Both the position numbers and the translations under genes were made by a program. DNA of 64,000 bases from Lentimicrobiaceae bacterium. Its GTDB lineage: Bacteria; Bacteroidota; Bacteroidia; Bacteroidales; JALOCA01. The stretch's first letter is position 1; each line of letters opens with the position of its first letter. The stretch is from NCBI GenBank assembly GCA_023227965.1, contig JALOCA010000001.1, positions 3,490-67,489 of the forward strand, in the 5' to 3' direction. The notes beneath the pieces were generated by a model. It made no database searches. It saw only the letters and a program-made list of their open reading frames with translations, and was not told where the DNA came from. This document shows, piece by piece, positions 26,240 through 36,422 of the stretch.

Positions 26240-28069
26240 ATGATTAAAAAATATACATTTATATTCTTGATTATAATAATAGTAATCTCATTAACAGTTT
26301 ATTTTTTAATAGAATTAAATATATCAGGGGATAATAACAAAAATTCAGTAAAAAGTAACTATAGCTATACTGTTGAAAATAAGATAATAATACTTGATAA
26401 AAATAATGAGTCATATGTATCCGGTAAAAAAGAACCATATAACAAAAAATACTATGATTCATGTTTCAGATTGTCTGTTAACTATTTTCATAAAAACCTT
26501 GATTCAGCAGAAATTATTCTTAATCGTATGTTACTACAGTCCAGGTCTGAAAATAGTAAATATGGTATGACTCTAGCATATGCCGAATTAACAATTAATA
26601 ATGCAGAAAAAGGAGAAATAAATAATGCTTATAACTGCCTTGAAAAAGGCTACCTTGCTTATGACGGACTTTGTGTACCCAAGTTATATGCTTTTTTAAA
26701 TCTATCAGAAGGTTTTTTAAACTATAAGGCAGATAATTATTATGAAGCTTGCCAAGCTATTTTCCGGGCCTATAAGATATATGAAACATTAAAAGATGAA
26801 CATTGGATGTCAAAATGTAATTCATTGTTAAGTCTGCAGTTTTATCAACTTGCAGATTATGATAACGCAATAAAATATCTCAGAAAAGTCATCAAATATG
26901 AAGAAAAAACCAAGAGTTATAGAAGTCTATGTGCAGATTATCAGAACATGGGAATGTTTATGGTGTATAATAGCTCTTACGATTCTGCTAATATATATCT
27001 TAACCGTTCTATTGCTTTACTAAAGAAAGTACCTAGTTTAATGGTTTTAGCCGCAATTTATGAAATAAAAGGAGAAATGTTTTCAAACCAAAAAAAGTTT
27101 GATTCAGCAATATATTATCTGAATAAAGCCAAAGAAATTGCATTCCAAGCCAAAGATAATTTTAGGTTTGTATCTGCATCTTATGATCTTGGAAATATAG
27201 CCCAACAAAAATCTGATTTAAATTTAGCCGGTCTTTATTACTTACAAGGTGTGGATTTTGCAAAAAAGTATGGTTTAAAAGATTTGACACTTGAAGGATA
27301 TAAGGAACTGTCTACCATTGCCTATAGATATGGAAATCTACAAAAGGCCTATGATTACAATAACAAATATCTGGAATTACGGGAAAAAGACGCAAAGGAT
27401 AAAAATGAATCTATTGCAAAGAGCCTGGAAATTCAGGAAATATATGAAAAATATCGCAAGAAAATACTGGTAGAACAACAAATTCAGCAATCACAGCTTA
27501 AAATATCCCGGAGATTTGTACTTATTCTTTGCATATTACTTATTGTTTTGATATTGTTTATTATCTATTTTGTCAAATGGGCAAAACTTCGTCATAAGCA
27601 AATAATTATGGAAAAACAGAATTTGAATGCTCAAATAGGAGTAAAGAAAAAAGAACTTTCCGTTATTCTTATGGAACAAACCAAAGATTCTGAACAAATT
27701 AATTCATTTTTAAAAGAGCTAAACGAAAAACTTGCTTCATTGCCGGAAGATAATCAAAAGAATATTTATAAATTAATTAATCAGCTTAAAAATCAGCAAG
27801 ATAAAAAAATATGGGAAGAGTTTGAAATCCGTTTTAAAAATGAAAATGAAATTTATTTTAATGCATTAAAAAATGTTTGCCCGGTCCTTACTCCTGCAGA
27901 AATAAAAATATGCCTCTTATTACGACTTAATATGTCAACAAAAGACATTGCTACCATACTTTTTAAATCAGAATCTTCTGTTGAGGTTGATCGTGCAAGA
28001 ATCAGAAAAAAATTAGGTATAACTAACCAAAATATTAGCTTAACAGATCATTTGTTAACTATAGGCTGA
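26240..28069 (+). CDS. Membrane-spanning TPR-domain transcriptional regulator with C-terminal LuxR-type HTH
   Basis: An N-terminal TM (FIFLIIIIVISLTVYFLI) is followed by ~390 aa of TPR-like repeats, a second TM (FVLILCILLIVLILFIIYFV), a coiled region and the LuxR/GerE HTH LTPAEIKICLLLRLNMSTKDIATILFKSESSVEVDRARIRKKLGI. Confidence 0.75.
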   Translation: MIKKYTFIFLIIIIVISLTVYFLIELNISGDNNKNSVKSNYSYTVENKIIILDKNNESYVSGKKEPYNKKYYDSCFRLSVNYFHKNLDSAEIILNRMLLQSRSENSKYGMTLAYAELTINNAEKGEINNAYNCLEKGYLAYDGLCVPKLYAFLNLSEGFLNYKADNYYEACQAIFRAYKIYETLKDEHWMSKCNSLLSLQFYQLADYDNAIKYLRKVIKYEEKTKSYRSLCADYQNMGMFMVYNSSYDSANIYLNRSIALLKKVPSLMVLAAIYEIKGEMFSNQKKFDSAIYYLNKAKEIAFQAKDNFRFVSASYDLGNIAQQKSDLNLAGLYYLQGVDFAKKYGLKDLTLEGYKELSTIAYRYGNLQKAYDYNNKYLELREKDAKDKNESIAKSLEIQEIYEKYRKKILVEQQIQQSQLKISRRFVLILCILLIVLILFIIYFVKWAKLRHKQIIMEKQNLNAQIGVKKKELSVILMEQTKDSEQINSFLKELNEKLASLPEDNQKNIYKLINQLKNQQDKKIWEEFEIRFKNENEIYFNALKNVCPVLTPAEIKICLLLRLNMSTKDIATILFKSESSVEVDRARIRKKLGITNQNISLTDHLLTIG

Positions 28070-28460
28070 TTCGTAGATCTTCCTACTGAAATTACACTAA
28101 TAAGCTATTTATTGTTGTATGTCTGCCCATTGCTATGGCACTCAATCAATAATAAATACTTAGTTATATGGTATTTATAAAATCAAAAAATTTTATTTGC
28201 TAAGGTGCTTATATATGTGTTTTGCTATGTATGTGCTAAGTTCAAATAATTCCATATTTAAATAATTCCAAATATTTTTGGTTTTCGATTTAAATTCTGA
28301 AATGAATCATTTTAATAATGATGAATTTTATTAAAAATATTAATAGATTATGAAATATTACCGATATTCGTTACAAAACTTTATCTGCATAAGAGGCCCA
28401 TGCCATTATATAATTTTTAATCATAACAAGTTTTATTAATTATTTAAATAACATATACAT

Positions 28461-30671
28461 ATGAAATATTTTTTTTATCTTGGTATTAATATTATAATAT
28501 TTTTTTTATTATGCTTATATGGGCCAGCATTAAAAGCCCAAACATATACAGAAACTAATGATTTAACCGGAAATACTACTTTATTTCTAAAAAAATCAAA
28601 TGGTAAAGTCGCCCAGGCTAACTTTTTTAACAACCATAGTGTTTCAAATATATCTGTTGATGGCTATAAAAAATGTAATGATAATTCTTATAAACTAAAT
28701 AGTGTAAAAAGCAGTAAAGAATCATATATAGTTAAATTAAGCTGTGATTTCTTTCCTAAAAGTAACGCATTAACAAGTAGTGAAGGTACATACTATTTTG
28801 ACAGATGGAATTTTGACACATTATTTTTTTCGGAAACCGTATTACCGGAAGGTATTTATGATATTGTTTTACAATCTTCCAGTCCTGTATTTGCAAACAT
28901 TATTTTACATAATTTTATAATTGACAGAAACATTGATACAATTTTATACTTCAACAACTATGCTACTGATACAATTTTTTTTGAAGGACGAGATGAAAAC
29001 AATCAACCATTGATATCACTTGATAATAATGATTTTATTTTTATCCTTGAGTTTCCTCAAAATTTAAATCAAGAATGGTTAGCCATGTCTTATAATGATT
29101 ATCCGTTAAATTATATACTTGCATCTGAAACAGATTCGCAATATAACTTAAAATGTGGCCAAGTAATAATAAACGACGAAAAAGTTTATCTTATGTCTTT
29201 CCCAAAACTACAGGGAATTTCAGCAGATACTATTTTAATAAACGATCCTGATTCTTATAATATTGCTAATTATGTTCTCAGACCTTCCCCCGCTGCCAGT
29301 GATATGTATATTAATACTATGACTGGATGGCTTTTTAAAGAAGAAGATGGAAGTCCTGCTTCCATTGGACTTCGTGATGATACCCAGACCGGATTTGTTT
29401 ATAATGGTTCAGATACAATAAAAATGTATTTAAATAATAACATCAATGAAGAAGACCGTTGCTCGATGGGAGGCGGTTTTACGTTTTGGGAAGATATTGA
29501 TGATTATGATCATTGGATGATGGTAACGCCTCAGCATAATTATGTTTACGAGGGAAATTCGGTTGCATTGAGTAATTTTTATCCTCCATTTCCGGCTGAT
29601 TATGTATCTCAGAATAATGATTTAAGGAAATTAGGCTTTAATGCCCCTTTTATCTCTGTAAGCGGATTGAATAACCTCTCTGGAAATTATATGATACTTC
29701 CTGATATTGAGTTTAAAGGACAGTATGGAGAACAACGAAAAACGGACATCTACAGGAGTACTTATTCTTTATTACATAACGACCAAATAATTATCAATGA
29801 TACTGCCTTTAAATTTGAGCCATATTTCCCTTCAGAAGGAGGAATTTATACCTTAAACATTGAAAACACAAATTATGTTCTTGACAAAATGGCTGGTAAT
29901 ATATCACTTCGAATGGATTTTAATCTAGATATGCCGGATGCAAATTCTCCGAAATTTACCTCTTTTAAAATATTGACAGAAGATCATAAAATTAGTGAAT
30001 TACTGACATCTGGAAAATATGCCACAATGGAATTTACGATTTCTGACTTTCCTTTACCATCTGGAGGAGGTGATGCTAAAAAAGCAACAAATAAAAATTT
30101 AAATAATGATTCAAAATTACGGATTAAAGAGGGAATAAATTCAGTTCATTCTTATTATAAATCGTATAATTCCATAGAATGGATAGAGCTACCTTTAATT
30201 GAACAACATTCTTTATTCGATTCATTAGTTTATGGTAATTATTTTGTAAGCAATCTTAGCCAAGCCATCGCAAACGTTACAGACTCTGTTTTTTTCGATA
30301 TAAAGATTGAAGCAATAGATTCTTCTGGCAATGCCTCTGCTCAGATCTGGCACCCTGCATTTTTAGTAAAACCAGATGGTGTAGGGATCAATGAAAATAA
30401 AATCCATAACGGAGAAACGACATTACAAATTTATCCTAACCCTGTGAACGATAACAGCATTATATCTTTTAATCTTACACAAAACTTAAACGTAAAGCTT
30501 TCGGTTTATAACATCAACGGACAATTAACAGATGTTTTGCTGGAAAAAACGATGGAAAAAGGAAATCATCAGATAAACTGGAATGCTACAGAAAAACTAA
30601 CGCCAGGTGTTTACCTGTTGAAATTAGAAACCGGGAGCACCGTAGAGACTACTAAAGTGATAGTTAGGTAA
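28461..30671 (+). CDS. Hypothetical secreted protein with T9SS type-A C-terminal sorting domain (736 aa)
   Basis: The signal peptide ends ...LCLYGPALKAQ. The C-terminus YPNPVNDNSIISFNL...GVYLLKLETGSTVETTKVIVR is a T9SS CTD. The body is N/D/Y/I-rich with no motif I recognise. Confidence 0.75.
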   Translation: MKYFFYLGINIIIFFLLCLYGPALKAQTYTETNDLTGNTTLFLKKSNGKVAQANFFNNHSVSNISVDGYKKCNDNSYKLNSVKSSKESYIVKLSCDFFPKSNALTSSEGTYYFDRWNFDTLFFSETVLPEGIYDIVLQSSSPVFANIILHNFIIDRNIDTILYFNNYATDTIFFEGRDENNQPLISLDNNDFIFILEFPQNLNQEWLAMSYNDYPLNYILASETDSQYNLKCGQVIINDEKVYLMSFPKLQGISADTILINDPDSYNIANYVLRPSPAASDMYINTMTGWLFKEEDGSPASIGLRDDTQTGFVYNGSDTIKMYLNNNINEEDRCSMGGGFTFWEDIDDYDHWMMVTPQHNYVYEGNSVALSNFYPPFPADYVSQNNDLRKLGFNAPFISVSGLNNLSGNYMILPDIEFKGQYGEQRKTDIYRSTYSLLHNDQIIINDTAFKFEPYFPSEGGIYTLNIENTNYVLDKMAGNISLRMDFNLDMPDANSPKFTSFKILTEDHKISELLTSGKYATMEFTISDFPLPSGGGDAKKATNKNLNNDSKLRIKEGINSVHSYYKSYNSIEWIELPLIEQHSLFDSLVYGNYFVSNLSQAIANVTDSVFFDIKIEAIDSSGNASAQIWHPAFLVKPDGVGINENKIHNGETTLQIYPNPVNDNSIISFNLTQNLNVKLSVYNINGQLTDVLLEKTMEKGNHQINWNATEKLTPGVYLLKLETGSTVETTKVIVR

Positions 30672-30768
30672 ACCACTTCAAAAAAGAAAATAAAGTTGTA
30701 ATTATCCCAGATTCGTCATTTAAACTCTGATAATTTGATGTACTTTCTAATGACGGATTTGGGATTAT
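30474..30768 (+). repeat. 295-bp direct repeat, copy B (partner at 25131-25425)
   Basis: Same alignment as copy A. This copy forms the intact 3' end and 3' flank of the 28461-30671 gene. Confidence 0.9.
30704..30765 (+). other. Long hairpin element, copy B, 33 nt downstream of the T9SS cargo gene stop
   Basis: ATCCCAGATTCGTCATT (30704-30720) pairs with AATGACGGATTTGGGAT (30749-30765). The one stem difference from copy A (C versus T) changes a C-G pair to a U-G pair, so pairing is retained. Confidence 0.5.
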
Positions 30769-31108
30769 CTTTCTTACAAACATAAAAACAAAGGTAAAAC
30801 GTAAAATTAACACCCAAAATCATGTTCTTATTTATCGTAATGACATTGATCTTATAGTATTTACAGATGAGTTTCTTGAGCTTTTTTAAAATGTACGGAA
30901 GTCAGGAAAAACTCGAAGAGGAGTTTTTGCGTTTTATTTTCCGCTTGCTTTTTCCGCAGCGTTTATTCTATTTTCCTACTTGAAAATCAATTTTTTAAGG
31001 AACGGCTAAGTAATTTGTTATACTTCCTAAAAAGAAATTTTTGAAAAAATTTTTAATTTCCAGAAACTTCCAAGTACCCTATTATATTGCAGTTACTTAA
31101 AAAATAAG

Positions 31109-34100
31109 TTATTTTTCAATTGCCTGCATTTTTCTGAGAAATTGTATTCTCTTTTCGGGTGTAGAGATGATATAAAGATAAGGCTCTTCAGCATTTTTTG
31201 ATTTCAGCGTCCGTTTTACTTCTTTAATGCCGGAAATGATTTCATTAAAATCGTTGTTCGACGACAGCGCCTGCATCACTGAGTTAGAATAACTAAAGAA
31301 ATACCAAATCGAAGGGCTGATTTCAAGATAAATTGTAAAAACATCCCCTGTACGACGTCTTCCGAGTTCGATATACCCGTTTACGTATTTGTTTACTGAT
31401 ACTTTGCCTATATTCATGATGCCTATGGAACCTGCGGATACAAAGGAACGTATTGCCGGATTCCAGGTAAAATGAAGATCAGTAAGTAACAAAGTATGAT
31501 TAAGTCCCTGCGGCATTTTTTTAATACTGCCAAAAAGGGAGATGTCGTTAAGAACCTTTTGCGCTTCCTCTTTTCCTATGAACGTAGCAATTCCTTTTGC
31601 AGTAAGGCTAGCTGTAAGATTCAAACCGTTAAGATTTGCCGATTCGAGGTCATTTTGCATTTTTTTTAAGGCATTATCGGCAAAGAAGAAGTCGAGCGAC
31701 ATCATACTTTCCACAGCCGTTGAATCGGCTATGGTAAAATTGCGGATTCTTCCGAAATTCCTGATTTTTACCTGTGCCAGATCGGATAAAAGCTGTTGGG
31801 GCCCTTCGCCATACAAAATACATCTTTCGCGATTAAAACTCATATAATTTCCACCGGCAGCAGGATTTTCGAGCCGTTCGGGTGCCGCAAGGCGATATTC
31901 ATTGAATGATTTATCAAAAGTAAGCGTACCTGATGTAGTAAAAAGAACGGAGTCAGGATAAGCCCCGGCGAATGCAAAAAACCGGGGATAAATCGTGCCT
32001 TCGGTCTCCGAAAACATCACCGAAGTATTCAATCTTTCCCCTTTTAAATTGGTTAGTGGGTATTGTAAAGGAATCTGGATATTTTTAGGGTTAATTTTCG
32101 CAATGAATTTTACCCATTGCTGTCCTGATGACGAGCAATCGTGTTTGATACGGAAGCCTCCATCGAAAGTAAATGTTTCGCTTGCCGCATTAAGATGTAT
32201 TTTCCCGGCAAAGTCGAAATCGTTGCTGAGCGTAAAATGTGCAGAATCGCTGACATTTGCAATACCTACGGTTTGTTTTGTAATGCTATCGTAAAATATT
32301 TCGGTAAATAAAACGGGCTGTGCCTGCTGGTTTTCGTCAACATAATCGGAATAGCCCTTGGCTTTATAACGCATACGGGAATAAACGGATACATCGGCAT
32401 TGTAAATGGTATGGTATTTTGTAGTGCGGTTTGCAAGAACAAGGGCATCTTTTAGTTCCTTCATTTTTGCTTTTTTGAGAATGGTTACCTGTCCGCGGGC
32501 GGGGAAAATAGCAACATCGGCAACCCTGATCAGTTTCACATCTTCTGCAAAAATAATATTATCCTTTAAGTTGTAACGAGCTCTGAAACAATAAAATGAC
32601 AAAGAATCCTGATTAGGATGTGTGGAAATGAATTCAGAGCCCTTCAGGTTAGCATCTGCCAGTTGAGCGGGCGACATATTGTCAATTCCCTGTATCCTTT
32701 CGCTAAAGTTGTTGATAAGTTCCACTTCGCTTTTATCCATCAGCCAATCGAGTTGGTCCATAAAACAAATATACTGATTTACCGGGAATTCCACTTTTGA
32801 GCCTGTTCCGGTATTTCTAAATTCTCCCCTGCGTTTTTCAAAATCAATATGAGCTTTGTAAATATGGGTTGTAAAAGCCAATTCGTTCAGGTCAATTGTT
32901 TTCAACCGGAAATCAGTAGTATCAGAATCGAATGTATGGTGCTTAAAAACAAATCGTTTCGATTCCATTTCCGCATCGTTAAAACTGAGTGTTCCTTTTC
33001 CGCTTAATCCGGTTGATGACAAATGAATGCTTCCGTTCAGAAGAGTACTGTCGTTATAAACAACTATAGGCTTAGCTTTTATTGAAGTAATGGTCATTCT
33101 ATCGGAATAGGGTTGCCAATGGAAGAAAGCATTGGTAGCTCTCGCCAGGGGATATTCCACTTCTGAAGGATGCGGGTCGAGGTTAAATTTTTTAATCTGT
33201 GCATTAGTCGAATCGGGGAAAAAGATATATGGAGTTGCTTCACTTACCGAACCTAAAAATTTCAAAGTTCCGTTTCCCTTCAACCCTTCATTGCTCAGAG
33301 TTATTTTTGAGTAAAATATACCTTTGCCATCATAAACCGGAAGCCCTTCTGGAGGTGTTTCTTTAAAAAATCCCAACGAAAAATCTTTCTGTACTTTTAA
33401 AGGTTCTACGATGTCGGGGAAAATATCCGCCGACACAAGGAACCCGTTAAATTCAAGTCCATCGGTAGTAAAATTGGCAAGGCTATCAATAGTAAACGGG
33501 TTTACATGGTAATAAAATTTGTCCTTATTATATACGCCATTTTGAATATTTTTTCGGTTATAATATGCGTAAGATTCGGTTTTACTGTTAAATACAGGGT
33601 AAATAGGATAAGATTTTACGCTGGATTTGTTATTGGGATTATCAATGAGCAAGTCTCCGCTCAGGTCAGCAATTACCGTTTTTACTTTGACAAGGGGATA
33701 TTCACCTTCTTTATTTTTTACGGTATCATGTACGGTAAAACTAAGAGAGTCAATCGTGGGCAAATTAAGTTTGAATTTATCGTATTCGAAAGAGCATTCA
33801 TGGGCAAAAAAATCAAAATACCCGGCATGTACACGTCCGGTAAAAATAAAATCCCTGTTTTTTTTAAGGGTAATCTGCTCGTTCACAGGATAAATAAATA
33901 CCCGTTGCGAATCACTGAGTTGTACTTCGGGCACACCACGAATAATCAGATCGAAATTATCCATTGAAAGCGTAGCATTGGGCTGGTTATTTACAACCGA
34001 ATAAAACCGTATTACATCATAATCCGTTTTTTTAGTTTTCGCTTTCAGGTAATTAAACATACGGGGCTTTAAGCTCACCCTATCCGATTCACTGTTATAA

Positions 34101-35596
34101 ATAAGGAACCCTTTCCCCGTTAGCTGAATAAGCATACCCTGCACCTGTACATGAGGTTTTTTCAGGTAGTCGCTAAGTTCGTATCCATAAAACTCGGTAG
34201 TTCCAGTTGCTTCCGAAAATTTATACAAAGAATAAAGTGGATTTACTTCGTCAATGCCCTGTAATTTGTCGAAACGGGGCTCAGAAAAATAGTTTGAAGA
34301 TTCAAAGGCGGCTTCACCGGTTTTTTTTATGCCTTTAATCATTTCAAAGTCAATTTTATTTTCATCCATTTTCCAATTCATGGATTCGAAATACATATCC
34401 ATTTTATGAAACGAATCGAAAAAAGGACTGATGGCAAGCCCGTCTTCGTTTCGGGTAAAGGAAAGATGCTTTTGCATATCGTTGTAGCGCATCACCAAAC
34501 CCGGATGATGGATGGAATCGTTTTCAAAATATAACGAAATGGAGGCATGATCGGCTAAAATTTTGTCGCTTCGGATAATAAACCTTTCTGACCCGGCTCT
34601 GGCAAAAGGCTTGCCATTCCTGGTAAAAGTGATTACTGCAGGTTCTTCGTAGGTGCCGCTTCCAACAATCCGCGCACCTTCCATGGTAAAGCCGCCGGTA
34701 TAATCAATACCTTTAAAAATTCCGGAAATACTTATCGTTTTTTTGTACGAAACAAAGCGGGGAAATGTAGCTTTTTCTTCGGTATTTCCGGATAACATTT
34801 TTTCGGTCAGGCTCCCTATAAGGGGCTTAGAAAAAAATTTCGGATAATTAAAAAGAACTGTATCCGCAGTGAAACTTGCAAGTTTGAGGTTTAGTTTGTA
34901 AACATCCAGTTCAGCATACACGTCTTTCAAACCGGCTCTGCTCCAATTAATCATACCGCCCTTGCCTACCCATAAATCCTTGCCTGGATAAAAAACACCG
35001 CTTGTTTTATAAATAACTGAGCTATCATTATTTGTAATACAGACAAGATCGAGAGAAGGAAAGTAAACACGGGTCAGGCTGTCGAAAGAATAAAAGTAAG
35101 CATTGGTACGACAAATCCATTGCATATTTCCTGCATTGTATATTTTTTTATTTTTCGACAGCAAGCGGGTACTCTCAAGGTAATTCATAAAAGCCGTGTA
35201 GCTTTTGCTGTTTATGGTACTTTCAAGCCCGCGGTTCCATGCGTCCATACTGCTATCGGGCTGACCGCTCATAACCAGAGCCGTATAGGATGATATATAT
35301 TCTGTAAACTGCGGGTACGCTTTCATCCTATTTTTCAACATGAGGTTGGAGGTGTTGTACACGCGGGTACGCTGGTTTTCTGTTATCTTTCCGCCATTCC
35401 AGGCTTCGGTAAATTTTCTAAGCGATTTTTTGGCTTCAGGTTTAAAATTCGGATTCACCTGGTCGAAAAAGGCATTCAGTTCATGGATAAATTTCACCGA
35501 ATCGGGGGTAAAAGTAGCGGGAAGCTGGGCGTTTGCAATACCAATTCCGGCTAAAAATGCAACTAATAACAAAAAACGGGCGATTATTTTTGGCAT
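31109..35596 (-). CDS. Giant secreted protein of unknown function (1495 aa)
   Basis: An uninterrupted 4.5-kb ORF with the signal peptide MPKIIARFLLLVAFLAGIGIANAQ. It ends 4 nt after the prmA stop on the same strand. I recognise no catalytic or sorting motif. Confidence 0.7.
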   Translation of the reverse strand: MPKIIARFLLLVAFLAGIGIANAQLPATFTPDSVKFIHELNAFFDQVNPNFKPEAKKSLRKFTEAWNGGKITENQRTRVYNTSNLMLKNRMKAYPQFTEYISSYTALVMSGQPDSSMDAWNRGLESTINSKSYTAFMNYLESTRLLSKNKKIYNAGNMQWICRTNAYFYSFDSLTRVYFPSLDLVCITNNDSSVIYKTSGVFYPGKDLWVGKGGMINWSRAGLKDVYAELDVYKLNLKLASFTADTVLFNYPKFFSKPLIGSLTEKMLSGNTEEKATFPRFVSYKKTISISGIFKGIDYTGGFTMEGARIVGSGTYEEPAVITFTRNGKPFARAGSERFIIRSDKILADHASISLYFENDSIHHPGLVMRYNDMQKHLSFTRNEDGLAISPFFDSFHKMDMYFESMNWKMDENKIDFEMIKGIKKTGEAAFESSNYFSEPRFDKLQGIDEVNPLYSLYKFSEATGTTEFYGYELSDYLKKPHVQVQGMLIQLTGKGFLIYNSESDRVSLKPRMFNYLKAKTKKTDYDVIRFYSVVNNQPNATLSMDNFDLIIRGVPEVQLSDSQRVFIYPVNEQITLKKNRDFIFTGRVHAGYFDFFAHECSFEYDKFKLNLPTIDSLSFTVHDTVKNKEGEYPLVKVKTVIADLSGDLLIDNPNNKSSVKSYPIYPVFNSKTESYAYYNRKNIQNGVYNKDKFYYHVNPFTIDSLANFTTDGLEFNGFLVSADIFPDIVEPLKVQKDFSLGFFKETPPEGLPVYDGKGIFYSKITLSNEGLKGNGTLKFLGSVSEATPYIFFPDSTNAQIKKFNLDPHPSEVEYPLARATNAFFHWQPYSDRMTITSIKAKPIVVYNDSTLLNGSIHLSSTGLSGKGTLSFNDAEMESKRFVFKHHTFDSDTTDFRLKTIDLNELAFTTHIYKAHIDFEKRRGEFRNTGTGSKVEFPVNQYICFMDQLDWLMDKSEVELINNFSERIQGIDNMSPAQLADANLKGSEFISTHPNQDSLSFYCFRARYNLKDNIIFAEDVKLIRVADVAIFPARGQVTILKKAKMKELKDALVLANRTTKYHTIYNADVSVYSRMRYKAKGYSDYVDENQQAQPVLFTEIFYDSITKQTVGIANVSDSAHFTLSNDFDFAGKIHLNAASETFTFDGGFRIKHDCSSSGQQWVKFIAKINPKNIQIPLQYPLTNLKGERLNTSVMFSETEGTIYPRFFAFAGAYPDSVLFTTSGTLTFDKSFNEYRLAAPERLENPAAGGNYMSFNRERCILYGEGPQQLLSDLAQVKIRNFGRIRNFTIADSTAVESMMSLDFFFADNALKKMQNDLESANLNGLNLTASLTAKGIATFIGKEEAQKVLNDISLFGSIKKMPQGLNHTLLLTDLHFTWNPAIRSFVSAGSIGIMNIGKVSVNKYVNGYIELGRRRTGDVFTIYLEISPSIWYFFSYSNSVMQALSSNNDFNEIISGIKEVKRTLKSKNAEEPYLYIISTPEKRIQFLRKMQAIEK

Positions 35597-35599
35597 AGA

Positions 35600-36418
35600 T
35601 TATCGGTTTAATGTACAATGAACGGCAGCCCAATCGTTTTTTGTATGATAAAAATCAATTTTCAAATTATTTTTTGTGGCTTCTGCTTCAATTGCGGCTA
35701 TGTCGTTCTGATAAAAACCACTCATCAGTAAAATGCCTCCGTTTTTAAGACTGCCAGCATATTTTGCCATGTCGTTTAGTAAAATATTGCGGTTAATATT
35801 TGCAAAAACGACATCATAAACATTTTTTGTAAGCAGATTTGCATCGCCTAATGTTGCTTTTATTTTGCTCCGATGGTTGTTGTTTATATTCTCCAAGGTA
35901 TTGTTATAAGCCCATTCATCGTTGTCAATAGCATCCACCGAATGGGCTTGCCTTTTTTCGGCAAGAATGGCAAGTATGCCTGTTCCACAGCCCATATCTA
36001 ATATATCTTTATCTTTCAGCTGCATAGAAAGTATTATCTCTATCATCAGGGAAGTGGTTTCATGGTGAGCCGTACCAAACGACATTTTGGGTTCAATAAT
36101 AATTTCCAATCCGGCTTCCGGCTTTGAAGGATGAAAAGGCGCCCTGACATAGCATTGACCTGCAATAGTTACCGGTTCGTAATTACTTTCCCAAACCTGG
36201 TTCCAGTTAATGTCTTCAAGTTGCTTCCACGAAAAACGACATTGTACATTATTGGTAAATAATGTTTTCCGTATGGTATTTTCATCAAACAGGCGTGAGG
36301 GAATATACGCCATAAAACCGGAATCGCTTTCGGCAAAACTATCGAAGCCTATTTCCGCCAGATAAGCCATGGCTATTTCCGGTTCGGAGCAGATAAACTG
36401 TACTTCTGTATATTCCAT
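35600..36418 (-). CDS. prmA: Ribosomal protein L11 methyltransferase
   Basis: The SAM-binding motif I is ILDMGCGTGILAI, the PrmA-type N-terminal domain begins MEYTEVQF..., and FGTAHHETT is present. Confidence 0.9.
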   Translation of the reverse strand: MEYTEVQFICSEPEIAMAYLAEIGFDSFAESDSGFMAYIPSRLFDENTIRKTLFTNNVQCRFSWKQLEDINWNQVWESNYEPVTIAGQCYVRAPFHPSKPEAGLEIIIEPKMSFGTAHHETTSLMIEIILSMQLKDKDILDMGCGTGILAILAEKRQAHSVDAIDNDEWAYNNTLENINNNHRSKIKATLGDANLLTKNVYDVVFANINRNILLNDMAKYAGSLKNGGILLMSGFYQNDIAAIEAEATKNNLKIDFYHTKNDWAAVHCTLNR

Positions 36419-36422
36419 TGAC

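Noticed and set aside
24436-31108. Reading the AT-rich cassette as a mobile element, genomic island or defence island
   Set aside because: I could not recognise an integrase, transposase, relaxase, phage gene, tRNA attachment site, terminal inverted repeats, or nuclease/ATPase/methyltransferase-type defence genes. Only the 295-bp direct repeats and the compositional shift are present, and I report them as such.
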